Of a stretch of DNA of 64,000 nucleotides, positions 39,056-49,122 are shown piece after piece. This DNA is from a virus: positions 28,078 through 92,077 of IMG/VR virus record IMGVR_UViG_3300032294_002964; one strand, written 5' to 3'. The notes beneath the pieces are model-generated. The model did no database searches and was not told the origin of the DNA. It was given only the letters and a program-made list of their open reading frames with translations. Within the stretch, counting starts at the first letter, position 1. Every line of letters starts with the position of its first letter. A program made the translations under genes and the position numbers.

Positions 39056-40024
39056 TTAAATACCGTTATAAACTTGATTCATATTATTAACAATTTCATC
39101 CGGAAAGTTGTGTACTCTTAAATCTATTAACTTCATATTGCTTTGGATCTTGTTCACAATATGTTCAATATTAGTTTTAGATATCTTTTTCTTTTCACAA
39201 ATAATATCCGCAATATTTTCAAATAGATCAGGGTCTTGTAATGAAGGATCTCCAAATTCTGATAAGTATGTTTCATAAATAGATTGAGCACCTTTAGCAC
39301 CAATTCCTCTAACCTTACCAGATTTTGTACTATGGTATACAGATTGTATGTTATCACTAACATCACCTGATATTACTTTTATCAATAGTGATTGAATACT
39401 ATTAATTTCATTTAAATTATACTTATTAATAAATCTGTTCATTAAGTTAATGAATTCTTGATTATCATTTAAATCAAAAATGTCATTGTTATTTTTATTT
39501 CCAACTTTATTTAAAAATATTTGATAGTTCTTAGGTAAGAATATCTTTTCTTGATTATACATTTCATTACTCATGAAATTTATCCATTCAGCATCTAGAT
39601 CAAATCTAATTAATTGTTTTATATCATAGTCATTTGATACAATAAAATTTGATTGACCTCTTTCATTATTTTTTTGAACTAAAAATGATATCCAATCATC
39701 TCCTTCAATTCTTGGACTTTCTAAAAGTTTTACACCTTTTAAAGATGATTTAAACTCATCATATGCCTTATAAACAAATCCCCAATCAATATCTGAGTCT
39801 TTTTTACGAGTTGCTTTATAATTTGAATTTAAGTTCTTTCTCCAAGATTTCTCTTTTGAGTCAGATACAACATAGATATTACAAAAAGGATACATCTTCT
39901 TGTAGTTACTAATAGAGTTTTCTAACGATTGAGTTAGAGCACCATAAAGTAAATTATTCTTATGTAAGGTAAAAACTAATCTCGAAAGTATGTAATTTCC
40001 ATCGATTATACAGTTTAATAACAT
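39056..40024 (-). CDS. T4 RNase H-like 5'-3' exonuclease
   Basis: IIDGN, SWRK...YKATR, EGDD, VSNDYDIKQL, GDVSDNI. Confidence 0.85.
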   Translation of the reverse strand: MLLNCIIDGNYILSRLVFTLHKNNLLYGALTQSLENSISNYKKMYPFCNIYVVSDSKEKSWRKNLNSNYKATRKKDSDIDWGFVYKAYDEFKSSLKGVKLLESPRIEGDDWISFLVQKNNERGQSNFIVSNDYDIKQLIRFDLDAEWINFMSNEMYNQEKIFLPKNYQIFLNKVGNKNNNDIFDLNDNQEFINLMNRFINKYNLNEINSIQSLLIKVISGDVSDNIQSVYHSTKSGKVRGIGAKGAQSIYETYLSEFGDPSLQDPDLFENIADIICEKKKISKTNIEHIVNKIQSNMKLIDLRVHNFPDEIVNNMNQVYNGI

Positions 40025-40105
40025 TAAAAATTATTATTTTTTATTTATAGTGGGTAACTTGAATTTAGTTGAAGATTGTAAAATCTCATTTTAATATATA
40101 ATGAT

Positions 40106-41668
40106 ATGTCTAAGATACGCTCATATAACAAATTTAATGAAGAGGCTGAACTTAATCTAAGAGAACTTGGTAAAACAATAGATGGAGAGTTTAGAGGTAA
40201 TATTTTAGTTCAAAAATTAAAAGACCATCAAATACTATCAACTACTAATAATAAAAGTGTAGTTGTTGATAAGATGAAAGATGATGGTGAATGGGTTGAA
40301 CCAGAAGATGCTATTGATAATATAACAGATCCAGATGGTAACTACGATATAGATAAAGCTAATTCTTACTTTAAAAGGGGAAATAGATTCATTAAAGTTT
40401 TCAAAGACGAGGATGATGAAGAGTATCAATTAAATCAATTTAAAAAGACAAAAGAATTTGGGTCAAAAGGGGCTGGTAGATTAATTAGAGAATTTGAATC
40501 AATTCAGTGTATATTTTTAGGAGTTAAACAAGCTTTTCCTGATCAAATGATAACATCAGCGAATATATTTAGATTTTTTAGAAGATATATTGAATTATTG
40601 GAGAGTAATGAATCATTAGTTAAGTTAAATATCAATGTTAAAATCACTGAAGAGTTATTAGAAGATTTTCTTCAAGATAAAAACTGGTTATCTACATTCT
40701 ATAGAATACCTAATAAATTATGGTCGAATAGATATAATTTTATAGATCGAAATGAGAAATATTTGATATACCATGTTGGTAATAAAGATGTGGACTCTAT
40801 CTATGTAGTAATAGCTAATCAATTTAAAAAACTGTCAATATCTGGTGACTTCAGGGATATCAATATAACAAAGTGGTGTCCAGCTGATGTCTATATGATA
40901 TCTGTGAAGTATAAAAATCAGATTCTAAGAGAAGTTAAATCTACGAAGAATATATCTGAGTTAAATGCTATTGTTGATAAATTTTTTGATGAGAAAAAAT
41001 TGATTCCGGTATCATTAAAGAAAATTGATAAAAGTTCCGAATTCAAGATCATTACAAACAGAGAGGCTGAGAAAGAACTACCAGAATTTGAGATGTCTAC
41101 ATTAATGGTTAATAGTAATCCTCTTAAAGGAATTGGATCTAAAATATCAACATTTTCTACCTGGAAATACAGAAATAATAAAGATGTGGATCATAAATCG
41201 AGAGTTTTAAACTTAGACTCATCTGATACTTCTAAAAAACAAGATATTGATGGTGAGGTTGAGGGTTCTTCATCCAGACACGGTAAAATATCATTTAAGG
41301 CGATGAAGAGAATAATTGATTCTTATAAAGGTAAGGTATCTTTTACACCGATTCAGTCAACAACTGAATTATCTGATTTAGATATTTCTGAATTAGAAGA
41401 AACTGCATCTGATTTAAAGACAGAAATAGATGAGATATCTCCAGATAAATTATTATTAAGCACATCATCAAATCGATCAAGTGATATATCTGGAAATGAG
41501 AAAAAATTAATTTCAAAAATACAGTCTCTTCAAATTGTATTAGCAATGTCCCAAATTTATGGTCAAGATGTAAATATTGCCAATAGTATAATTACTAAAA
41601 TTATGAGATATGCACTGTCTATACAGACAGATAAATTTGATACTCCGAGATATCTAAGAATTATTTAG
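40106..41668 (+). CDS. hypothetical protein with N-terminal leader, possible PD-(D/E)xK-like nuclease fold
   Basis: MSKIRSYNKFNEE; KWCPADVY...IPVSLKK; TAATATATA at 40092-40100. Confidence 0.55.
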   Translation: MSKIRSYNKFNEEAELNLRELGKTIDGEFRGNILVQKLKDHQILSTTNNKSVVVDKMKDDGEWVEPEDAIDNITDPDGNYDIDKANSYFKRGNRFIKVFKDEDDEEYQLNQFKKTKEFGSKGAGRLIREFESIQCIFLGVKQAFPDQMITSANIFRFFRRYIELLESNESLVKLNINVKITEELLEDFLQDKNWLSTFYRIPNKLWSNRYNFIDRNEKYLIYHVGNKDVDSIYVVIANQFKKLSISGDFRDINITKWCPADVYMISVKYKNQILREVKSTKNISELNAIVDKFFDEKKLIPVSLKKIDKSSEFKIITNREAEKELPEFEMSTLMVNSNPLKGIGSKISTFSTWKYRNNKDVDHKSRVLNLDSSDTSKKQDIDGEVEGSSSRHGKISFKAMKRIIDSYKGKVSFTPIQSTTELSDLDISELEETASDLKTEIDEISPDKLLLSTSSNRSSDISGNEKKLISKIQSLQIVLAMSQIYGQDVNIANSIITKIMRYALSIQTDKFDTPRYLRII

Positions 41669-41924
41669 GCCAGAATTTACCTAAATTATTTGTATTATCT
41701 GTTAAATTTTCATTTAATATCTGATCTATCTTATGTTGTCTTTTAACAGCTTGTGGAATTTCATCAGACCAATCTACTAATCCATTTTCCGTTCTTTCAT
41801 AAGAAATGTAATCCTCATGATAGTATGAAAAATTGGTGTCATTCTCATAGTCAAAGTCCCAATAGTCCCACCAGTCAAAGTGACCACCATCTTCTAATAT
41901 TTGTCTTTGATTATGATTCATCAT
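41661..41924 (-). CDS. small acidic hypothetical protein with near-terminal motif
   Basis: KRQHKIDQIL. Confidence 0.55.
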   Translation of the reverse strand: MMNHNQRQILEDGGHFDWWDYWDFDYENDTNFSYYHEDYISYERTENGLVDWSDEIPQAVKRQHKIDQILNENLTDNTNNLGKFWPK

Positions 41925-42454
41925 CTTAATATTTGTTGTAATTGTATATCTCGGTAGAGTGAATTAAAAGTTTCTCTGATATCATCTCTTTTAATATCAT
42001 AATACTGTTTATTAGTATAATAATCCCAAGATTTACTTTGAACCTCTTTATTCACACTAGTGTATATATCTTTGACTAAATCTATACAATTTTCTTTTTT
42101 GCAGTAATCGATTAAATTTCCAATAAAATCAAATTCTATTTTTTGAAATCCATCATAAAATTGAATTTTTGAATAATTTCTTAAATAGTTTTTAATATTA
42201 ACTTCGTTATACTCTCTTGTATCTTGACCTGGATCTGCAAATAAAGGTGATATAAAGTAAAATTTATAGTCTGTTTTTTGAAGATTTTTTACAACTTTTA
42301 AAATATCTCTACTGTTTCTTAAATCTAAGAATATATTTATTTCAGTATCACTTATAATATCAAATACTGGAAGCCAGGCGACATTATATCTAAAGGCTCT
42401 ATTCTTAGATATCTTCCACTCTCCCGACTTTGGTATGATACTATTTAAGTCCAT
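41921..42454 (-). CDS. hypothetical protein with C-terminal motif
   Basis: Ends YRDIQLQQILR. Confidence 0.6.
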   Translation of the reverse strand: MDLNSIIPKSGEWKISKNRAFRYNVAWLPVFDIISDTEINIFLDLRNSRDILKVVKNLQKTDYKFYFISPLFADPGQDTREYNEVNIKNYLRNYSKIQFYDGFQKIEFDFIGNLIDYCKKENCIDLVKDIYTSVNKEVQSKSWDYYTNKQYYDIKRDDIRETFNSLYRDIQLQQILR

Positions 42455-42785
42455 TTTCTTTTAAAATATTAAATACGAGAACTCTGTCTTTTTCTCTAGT
42501 TCCTAGAGAGTCTTTTTTAGGTTTTCTATCTCTATAATAAGTAGATCTTTTTCTATTTGGTGAATATTTCGATCCATATCTGGACTCATATCCATTTGTA
42601 GTGTGACTTTTATAAAAATTTGAATCTTGACCACCTATTTCATCAGACCAGATATGATTAGGCAGTTTATCACCATTTGGAGTTGTATAACTCCACCAAC
42701 CTTCGGAATTAAACCTTTTAAGTCTTTTCCTGACTATGGTTTCCATTTTATATCTTCTCCACTGCCTGGTTCTCATAACAGACAA
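42441..42785 (-). CDS. basic hypothetical protein
   Basis: R/K-rich; TATATTTG at 42783-42790 suggests the start is the second Met (MRTRQ). Confidence 0.55.
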   Translation of the reverse strand: MSVMRTRQWRRYKMETIVRKRLKRFNSEGWWSYTTPNGDKLPNHIWSDEIGGQDSNFYKSHTTNGYESRYGSKYSPNRKRSTYYRDRKPKKDSLGTREKDRVLVFNILKENGLK

Positions 42786-42796
42786 ATATAGAAAAA

Positions 42797-43252
42797 TTAT
42801 ATTAAATTTTCAAGTTTATAGTTCCTTTGAAGTGATTTTATGTATGCCTCACATACAGGTACACCTATTTCTTCTGATGAGATATTTTCTAATTCTAACT
42901 TAATATTAAGTATTTTAGAATCATTATGTGAAAAATTAACCTCAGATTTAATGAATTTTACTGAAATCAAAAATTGATTTAAAACACTACCTTTTTTATC
43001 GTGAGAAACATGTATAACATACTTTACATCTTTTAGAAAATTATCAAAATTTAAATACTTAAAATTAACGGAGTCTATTGAGAAAGTTACATCAATTTTA
43101 TTATCATTTAATGTATTTGTATAAGACAATTCGTAACATAAATCTTTAATGTGATAATTCTCTGTTACTAAAACAAATTCAAAAAGATTTGAATAAATAG
43201 GTTCTAACTCCATAGTAGATTTAGAAGGCATTGCGAAATAAGGTAGAGGCAT
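42797..43252 (-). CDS. hypothetical protein with C-terminal motif, possibly tail-tube derived
   Basis: MPLPYF...EPIYSNLFEF at the N-terminus; ends QRNYKLENLI. Confidence 0.5.
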   Translation of the reverse strand: MPLPYFAMPSKSTMELEPIYSNLFEFVLVTENYHIKDLCYELSYTNTLNDNKIDVTFSIDSVNFKYLNFDNFLKDVKYVIHVSHDKKGSVLNQFLISVKFIKSEVNFSHNDSKILNIKLELENISSEEIGVPVCEAYIKSLQRNYKLENLI

Positions 43253-45090
43253 TAGTTCAATATTTGATTTTTTCTAAGTTCTGAGTTTTTACCAAACCAG
43301 ATATCTAAATATTGATCTGATAGTTCATCCTTAGTAATTTTTGTTAACTTAGGACTATTTATAATTTCTTGGTACTCATCATCAACAAGAGCAGCAAGAC
43401 CCTTTTTGTATTTAATTTCCCAGAGTTTTAAATCCTCTTTTTGAGACCAATCATTATATTCTGTTTGTGAATAGAATAATAGTTTCTTTTTAGATTTCTT
43501 ATTAATTGTTACTACAATAGGTGTTTCAACTTTATATACCATATTTCTATCAAATAGATTTGGCCAGTACTTATTAAAGAAATTTAATAATAGACCAGCA
43601 ATAGAATTACCATCGACATCAGCATCAACATAGAATAATATTCTACCATATCTCAAATCTCTTAAATCTGGTTCTTGTCCTAATTTAAGACCTAAGGCAG
43701 CCATCAAATTAACAACCTCATTATTTTGAACAAGCTTTTGATTAGTCAATTCAGATACATTTGTGAACTTACCTTTCAAGGCAAAAGCTCCCATGAATTG
43801 TGGATCTCTATATTTTCTAAAAGCTGATATAGCTGAATCTCCCTCAAATATACCCATTGAACATTTCCATCTATCTTTATTTTTAGCATCAATTAACTTT
43901 TCAACTTTTATTTTAGATAGATTTTTATTTAACTCTCTGGCTAATTTACTATCATCAGCATTCTTTTTCTGTTTAACCCAATCTAATATAGAATCAACAA
44001 TTTCTGATTTTAAAATAGATTTAATCATTTTATCTGGAACTTGATAAGTATATCCAAAGTCCTTTACCTCAGTGATTAACTTCTCCTTTGTTTGAGATGA
44101 GAAACTTGGATTAACAACTGTTGAATTTATAAAAATAGATAAGTGATTTTTTAATTCGGATGGTTTTACATCAACTTTATGTTTCTTTTGAAAGAACTCT
44201 CTCATCTCTGAGATGATCTGATTTAAAATATATTCAACATGTGTTCCACCGTCATAAGTATCTGTTGTATTCACAAAAGAAACTTGGTGAAATCCATCAT
44301 CAGTAGATGTCACTGCAATTGACCAAGATTTATCCTTATTACTCTCAAAGAAGTAAGATTCTTTATAGAACTTAATATAGTCTTCAAATGATTTGATTGA
44401 TATTAAATCACCATTAAAATAAACTTTAATACCTGGATTACACCCCGCAATATCGATAACTCTTTTTTGAATCATTTTAAAATGTGACTCATCAATTTCA
44501 ATCAGTCCAAATTTTTCATAATCTGGTGTGAAGTATATCTCTGTAAAGTTTTTAGATGATTTAGATATTTTAGGTTCCAATCTCTCTCTCATATTATTTT
44601 TAAATGTCTGAGTAAATAGATTTTTACCATCTGCAGTACTAATTGAAAATTCAGTTGAATAGATATTAGTTAATGTTGAACCAACACCGTTAGTACCGGC
44701 ACCTGTTCTACTTTCATCGTCATTAAAATTAGACCCAGCTTTAAGATTTGAGAATATCATTTCTGGAATCCACTCATTATGCTCGTCATGTTTAACTACT
44801 GGTATACCACCATTATCCCATACGGAAATAATTTTATTATCTAATATATTTACTTTGATGGTATTTAACTTTGAACCCTCTCTTTTGTACTCATCAACAG
44901 AGTTAGTTATGATTTCGTCAAATATTTTTAGAAATCCTGGATTATAGGTTACTTCTTTTTGAATCATCTTACCATCTTCAAAAAGATATTTTTTAGCAGT
45001 GTGTGGTTTTATAGATCCAACATACATTCCAGGTCTTGCAAGTACGTGTGATATATCATCTAATTTTCTAAATTTTTTCTCTAAGCTCAT
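43252..45090 (-). CDS. type II DNA topoisomerase ATPase/TOPRIM subunit (T4 gp39+60-like)
   Basis: HVLARPGMYVGS, EIITNSVD, GTNGVGS, EGDSA, DADVDG, YKKGLA. Confidence 0.95.
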   Translation of the reverse strand: MSLEKKFRKLDDISHVLARPGMYVGSIKPHTAKKYLFEDGKMIQKEVTYNPGFLKIFDEIITNSVDEYKREGSKLNTIKVNILDNKIISVWDNGGIPVVKHDEHNEWIPEMIFSNLKAGSNFNDDESRTGAGTNGVGSTLTNIYSTEFSISTADGKNLFTQTFKNNMRERLEPKISKSSKNFTEIYFTPDYEKFGLIEIDESHFKMIQKRVIDIAGCNPGIKVYFNGDLISIKSFEDYIKFYKESYFFESNKDKSWSIAVTSTDDGFHQVSFVNTTDTYDGGTHVEYILNQIISEMREFFQKKHKVDVKPSELKNHLSIFINSTVVNPSFSSQTKEKLITEVKDFGYTYQVPDKMIKSILKSEIVDSILDWVKQKKNADDSKLARELNKNLSKIKVEKLIDAKNKDRWKCSMGIFEGDSAISAFRKYRDPQFMGAFALKGKFTNVSELTNQKLVQNNEVVNLMAALGLKLGQEPDLRDLRYGRILFYVDADVDGNSIAGLLLNFFNKYWPNLFDRNMVYKVETPIVVTINKKSKKKLLFYSQTEYNDWSQKEDLKLWEIKYKKGLAALVDDEYQEIINSPKLTKITKDELSDQYLDIWFGKNSELRKNQILN

Positions 45091-45180
45091 AATAGTTATA
45101 TATATGTATGTTTTTAATCGTTGTTTTTAAACAAATTTAATTTTACGGTTATATATACTGAATAAAAATTTGAAAATTGA

Positions 45181-46521
45181 ATGTCTCAGAAAACTATCAC
45201 AGAATTCTTATCCAATGAATACAAAGAATTCGCTCTTTATTCTATTGAGGGTAGAGCAATACCTTCAGTAATTGATGGATTTAAACCTACGCAGAGAAAA
45301 ATTATACACATTGCCAATTTAGTTTGGAAAACAGGAACTGAGAAGAATCTTAAAGTTTTTCAATTATCTGGTAAAGTTGCATCTGATGCATTCTATCATC
45401 ACGGTGATATGTCACTATCAAATGCTATCATAAATTTAGCACAGAAATTTAAAAATAACGCACCTCTTTTAGAAGAAGATGGTCAGTTTGGTTCTCTTAG
45501 ATCTCCTCAAGCAGGCGCACCAAGATATATTGGTACTAAATTAAGTGCTAACTTTAGGTTAATTTATAAAGACTTTGAACTATTAGAATATAAAGAAGAA
45601 GAGGGTGAGAAAATAGAACCAAAATATTTCTTACCAATTATTCCAACTGTATTAATCAATGGTGGTTCAGGTATCGCTGTTGGTTTTGCTTCTAATATAT
45701 TAAATAGAGATATTAAGGAAGTTATAGATGTGTGTGTTAAATACCTTAACGGTAAAAAAATAACAACAGTTAAACCATCTCTAAATGGATTTACAGGCAC
45801 ATATACACAAGATATAGAAAATAACAAAAAATGGCACATAAGAGGTAAATTTGAAAGAATTAACTCATCTACAGTTAAGATTACCGAACTACCACCGTCA
45901 ATGACATATGAAAAATATGAAGAGATACTTGATAAATTAATTGAAAATAAAGATATTGTATCCTATGAAGATAACTGTAAAGACAACATAGACTATACAA
46001 TTAAATTTACAAGAGTTGGATTAGAGATACTAGATGATGAAAAGATAGTAAAACTTCTGAAATTAGAAGAATCTGAAACTGAGAATTTTAACACACTTGA
46101 TGAAGGTGGTAAATTGAAGATATTTGAAAGTGTTGATGATATAATAAAATACTTTGTTGATTTTAGATTAGGTTACTACCAGATTAGAAAAGATCATCAA
46201 TTGGATAAGATGCAACACGAACTTAAAGTTTTAGGTAATCGTGGTAAATTTATCAAGGCAATTTTAGATGGCAAGATAGTAGTTAATAATAAATCAAAAG
46301 ATGAAATAGTATCTCAGATTGAGTCTATGGCTATTGAAATGATAGATGGTTCTTATGATTATCTTTTGAGGATGCCTATCTACTCTTTAACAAAAGAGAT
46401 GTTTGAAAAGTTAAAAGAAGATTTTTCAAATAAGAAAGATGAGATTGAAAAACTTAAATTAGTTGATCCAAAAGATATGTACTTAGAGGATTTGTCGGAG
46501 TTAAAAAAGAAAGTAAAATGA
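45181..46521 (+). CDS. gp52: type II DNA topoisomerase breakage-reunion subunit (T4 gp52-like)
   Basis: RAIPSVIDGFKPTQRK, YHHGD, APRY (catalytic Tyr), GIAVGF, ITELP. Confidence 0.95.
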   Translation: MSQKTITEFLSNEYKEFALYSIEGRAIPSVIDGFKPTQRKIIHIANLVWKTGTEKNLKVFQLSGKVASDAFYHHGDMSLSNAIINLAQKFKNNAPLLEEDGQFGSLRSPQAGAPRYIGTKLSANFRLIYKDFELLEYKEEEGEKIEPKYFLPIIPTVLINGGSGIAVGFASNILNRDIKEVIDVCVKYLNGKKITTVKPSLNGFTGTYTQDIENNKKWHIRGKFERINSSTVKITELPPSMTYEKYEEILDKLIENKDIVSYEDNCKDNIDYTIKFTRVGLEILDDEKIVKLLKLEESETENFNTLDEGGKLKIFESVDDIIKYFVDFRLGYYQIRKDHQLDKMQHELKVLGNRGKFIKAILDGKIVVNNKSKDEIVSQIESMAIEMIDGSYDYLLRMPIYSLTKEMFEKLKEDFSNKKDEIEKLKLVDPKDMYLEDLSELKKKVK

Positions 46522-46886
46522 AATTTATCCCAGAATTCATATTGTCAATAGACTTATATGACAATCATACTTTGAAAAGATTCAATCATATTGTTTTCAA
46601 AAAAGATGATAATGTTGTTATACTCATCGATGACTCTGAAAAAGTTAATGATGTTTCAAAAATGCCACATTATATACAAGAGGATTATTTAAAGTATAAC
46701 TCAAAACAAATAGAGGAAAGGGACATAAATTTCTTAATAAAGAAGTTAGAATGGTGGTGTGGAATGGGTAATGATGAAACAAATAAAGTACCACCTTCAT
46801 CAGATAAGTATGATGAGTATATGGAGAAGATTCAAATTCTTAAAAATATCAAAAGAGACATTAAAATAAAAAGTTTGTTATCTTGA
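46518..46886 (+). CDS. hypothetical protein with C-terminal motif
   Basis: Ends KRDIKIKSLLS. Confidence 0.6.
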   Translation: MKFIPEFILSIDLYDNHTLKRFNHIVFKKDDNVVILIDDSEKVNDVSKMPHYIQEDYLKYNSKQIEERDINFLIKKLEWWCGMGNDETNKVPPSSDKYDEYMEKIQILKNIKRDIKIKSLLS

Positions 46887-46904
46887 TTTTTATTTGTATA
46901 TTTG
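46874..46904 (+). promoter_or_regulatory. Bacteroidetes sigma70-type promoter
   Basis: TTTG-N19-TATATTTG. Confidence 0.7.
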
Positions 46905-46929
46905 TACCTTATCTTAAAATACATAAATA

Positions 46930-47511
46930 ATGTTTGAATCAACACCAACTGTTAAAAAATTCTTTTACATAAATGTAATTGCGTTCCTATTATCACTAAT
47001 TCTTACTAACTTCATATTTGGTAATTTTGCCTTATGGAATTTTAGAGGTGATAGTTTCCAAGTATGGCAATTAATTACACATCAATTTCTACATGGTGGT
47101 CTTCTACATATCGCCTTTAATATGTTGGCTCTTCTTAGTTTAGGTGGTCACGTTGAAAACTTTTTAGGTGAAAAGAAGTTTACATATTTTTACTTGATAA
47201 GTGGAGTATTTGCCGGATTATTTCATATGTTATTAGTGGACTCTACACATCCAATGGTTGGTGCCTCTGGTGCCATTTTTGCAATATTTGCATTCTTCGG
47301 ACTTGCCTATCCTGATGAAAAACTATACGCATTTTTTATCCCAATTGGTATAAAAGCAAAAAGACTTCTTTTTGCACTAATTGGATTAGAAGTAATATTA
47401 GCATTGTTTTCAACTGGTGATGGTGTTGGACACTGGGCACATATCGGAGGAGCTATTTCAGGCATTTTATTCTTTTACATTAATAAAAAGTATTTAAAAA
47501 ATATATACTAA
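46930..47511 (+). CDS. rhomboid family intramembrane serine protease
   Basis: WQLITHQFLHG, HIAFNM, GASGA, AHIGG. Confidence 0.93.
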   Translation: MFESTPTVKKFFYINVIAFLLSLILTNFIFGNFALWNFRGDSFQVWQLITHQFLHGGLLHIAFNMLALLSLGGHVENFLGEKKFTYFYLISGVFAGLFHMLLVDSTHPMVGASGAIFAIFAFFGLAYPDEKLYAFFIPIGIKAKRLLFALIGLEVILALFSTGDGVGHWAHIGGAISGILFFYINKKYLKNIY

Positions 47512-48066
47512 GTGAAACCTTTAATCATTTTAGATATTGATGAAACCTTAATTCACACTGAGAGTGTTCCTTTAGAATATGAAATGCACTATGATTATGA
47601 TTTCAAATTTAAAGGTCTTGGGAAGTCTTTTTATTATACAAAAAAGAGACCATTTCTTGATCAGTTTTTGAAATATGTTTTTGAAAATTTTGATGTTGCA
47701 ATCTGGACAGCAGCTGGTGAGGATTACGCTTTAGAAATTTTAAAAGGAATTAATGTTGATAAATCTAAATTAAAATTCTTTTATACTCAAGAAAACTGTA
47801 CTATTAAACTTAGTTATGATTATTCAGACTACTATGGTGTGAAAAATTTAAATAAATTAAAGAAAAAAGGATACAATTTAGATAAAGTTCTGATCGTGGA
47901 TGATAAATCTGAGACTGCTGTAAACAACTATAGTAATCTAATACAGGTTAAACCATTTACAGACGATTTAGATGATACAGAACTACTTAAATTAATTTCA
48001 TACTTAGAAACTATTAAAGATGAACCCAATTATAGAAGAATTGAAAAACGAGGATGGTCGGTATAG
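47512..48066 (+). CDS. HAD phosphatase, FCP1/NIF family
   Basis: LDIDETLIH, KRPFL, IWTAA, IVDD. Confidence 0.85.
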   Translation: MKPLIILDIDETLIHTESVPLEYEMHYDYDFKFKGLGKSFYYTKKRPFLDQFLKYVFENFDVAIWTAAGEDYALEILKGINVDKSKLKFFYTQENCTIKLSYDYSDYYGVKNLNKLKKKGYNLDKVLIVDDKSETAVNNYSNLIQVKPFTDDLDDTELLKLISYLETIKDEPNYRRIEKRGWSV

Positions 48067-48442
48067 AGTTAGAAAACTATCTGATTATAAGATACAATTA
48101 GACTATAAAGTTCCTATATTCGCTGCTCATGAAGATTCCGTTAGAGTTATTGATACAATAAGAGTAAAGGTTAGGTACGGAATTGATAAGGATGAGCGTA
48201 GACACTCTAATGAGTTACCTACTTACTACTTAATACCATTTAAGGATCGTTTCATTCAAATATTATCACAAAGTTGGAAAATTAAGAAAAAATTCATACA
48301 TTTGCAAAGGAAAAGTGGTCTCAATACAATTGATGGATATTTAATTTCGGGATTGTATTGTGGATTTATTTTTGATGATAAAAGTTGGACAAGAGATTAT
48401 TTAATTAGTAAAATATTAGAAAATGAAACCGGAAGTAATTAA
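48020..48442 (+). CDS. hypothetical protein with near-terminal motif
   Basis: TRDYLISKILE. Confidence 0.55.
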   Translation: MNPIIEELKNEDGRYRVRKLSDYKIQLDYKVPIFAAHEDSVRVIDTIRVKVRYGIDKDERRHSNELPTYYLIPFKDRFIQILSQSWKIKKKFIHLQRKSGLNTIDGYLISGLYCGFIFDDKSWTRDYLISKILENETGSN

Positions 48443-48791
48443 GCAACATATAGATAACAACATTACAAAAATGTTGGAAACGGATTCTTATGATGGTACC
48501 AGAACAAAGGTTCTAAGGATTGTTAATACTTTTCGTGAGAGAATTCCTGGTGTTGAACTAGAATATAAAAATATAGAGTCAATAACAGACTCTAGATCAA
48601 GATATACTGCCTTCTATGTATATTTTGCACAAAAAAGAATAATCGACCTCTACAGACTTGAGAGAAAAAGACTGAGTATTTCACCATTAAGATCTTATAA
48701 AACTCTACTCTTTAAAGAAAGATTAGATCGTAGAGAAAATTTACCTTTTACATATAGTCCAAAATATAAAAGATTTCTCAAAACTATCTAA
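48423..48791 (+). CDS. hypothetical protein
   Basis: 122 aa basic ORF. Confidence 0.55.
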   Translation: MKPEVIKQHIDNNITKMLETDSYDGTRTKVLRIVNTFRERIPGVELEYKNIESITDSRSRYTAFYVYFAQKRIIDLYRLERKRLSISPLRSYKTLLFKERLDRRENLPFTYSPKYKRFLKTI

Positions 48792-48812
48792 TATCTAGGT
48801 CATATAATTAGT

Positions 48813-49121
48813 ATGACTCAGAGTATTGATCTAACAAGTAGTATTGATCTAACAAGTAGACTCGCATTCGTGACTCAACCAAATGTATTAGTAATAAATG
48901 CACCTAATAATGAAAAGTTGTTAGAGATAACTAATGATGGTGATGTATTTTTCAGACTTAATGGTGAGTGGAAAAAAATTGAATGTGAGAATGATATATC
49001 ACTTATGTTTGTCGCTGTTATATCAGGATTGACTGGTTTTTCATACAAGGATAAAAACGAATTAATCTGTAAAATTATCAACAATTACAGAGAAAATAAG
49101 ATCGATAATATTTTGTCATGA
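48813..49121 (+). CDS. hypothetical protein with C-terminal motif
   Basis: Ends YRENKIDNILS; AAC-N18-TATAA at 48781-48807. Confidence 0.6.
   Translation: MTQSIDLTSSIDLTSRLAFVTQPNVLVINAPNNEKLLEITNDGDVFFRLNGEWKKIECENDISLMFVAVISGLTGFSYKDKNELICKIINNYRENKIDNILS
48822..48857 (+). repeat. 18-bp tandem duplication (SIDLTS x2)
   Basis: AGTATTGATCTAACAAGT twice, in frame. Confidence 0.85.
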
Positions 49122-49122
49122 T

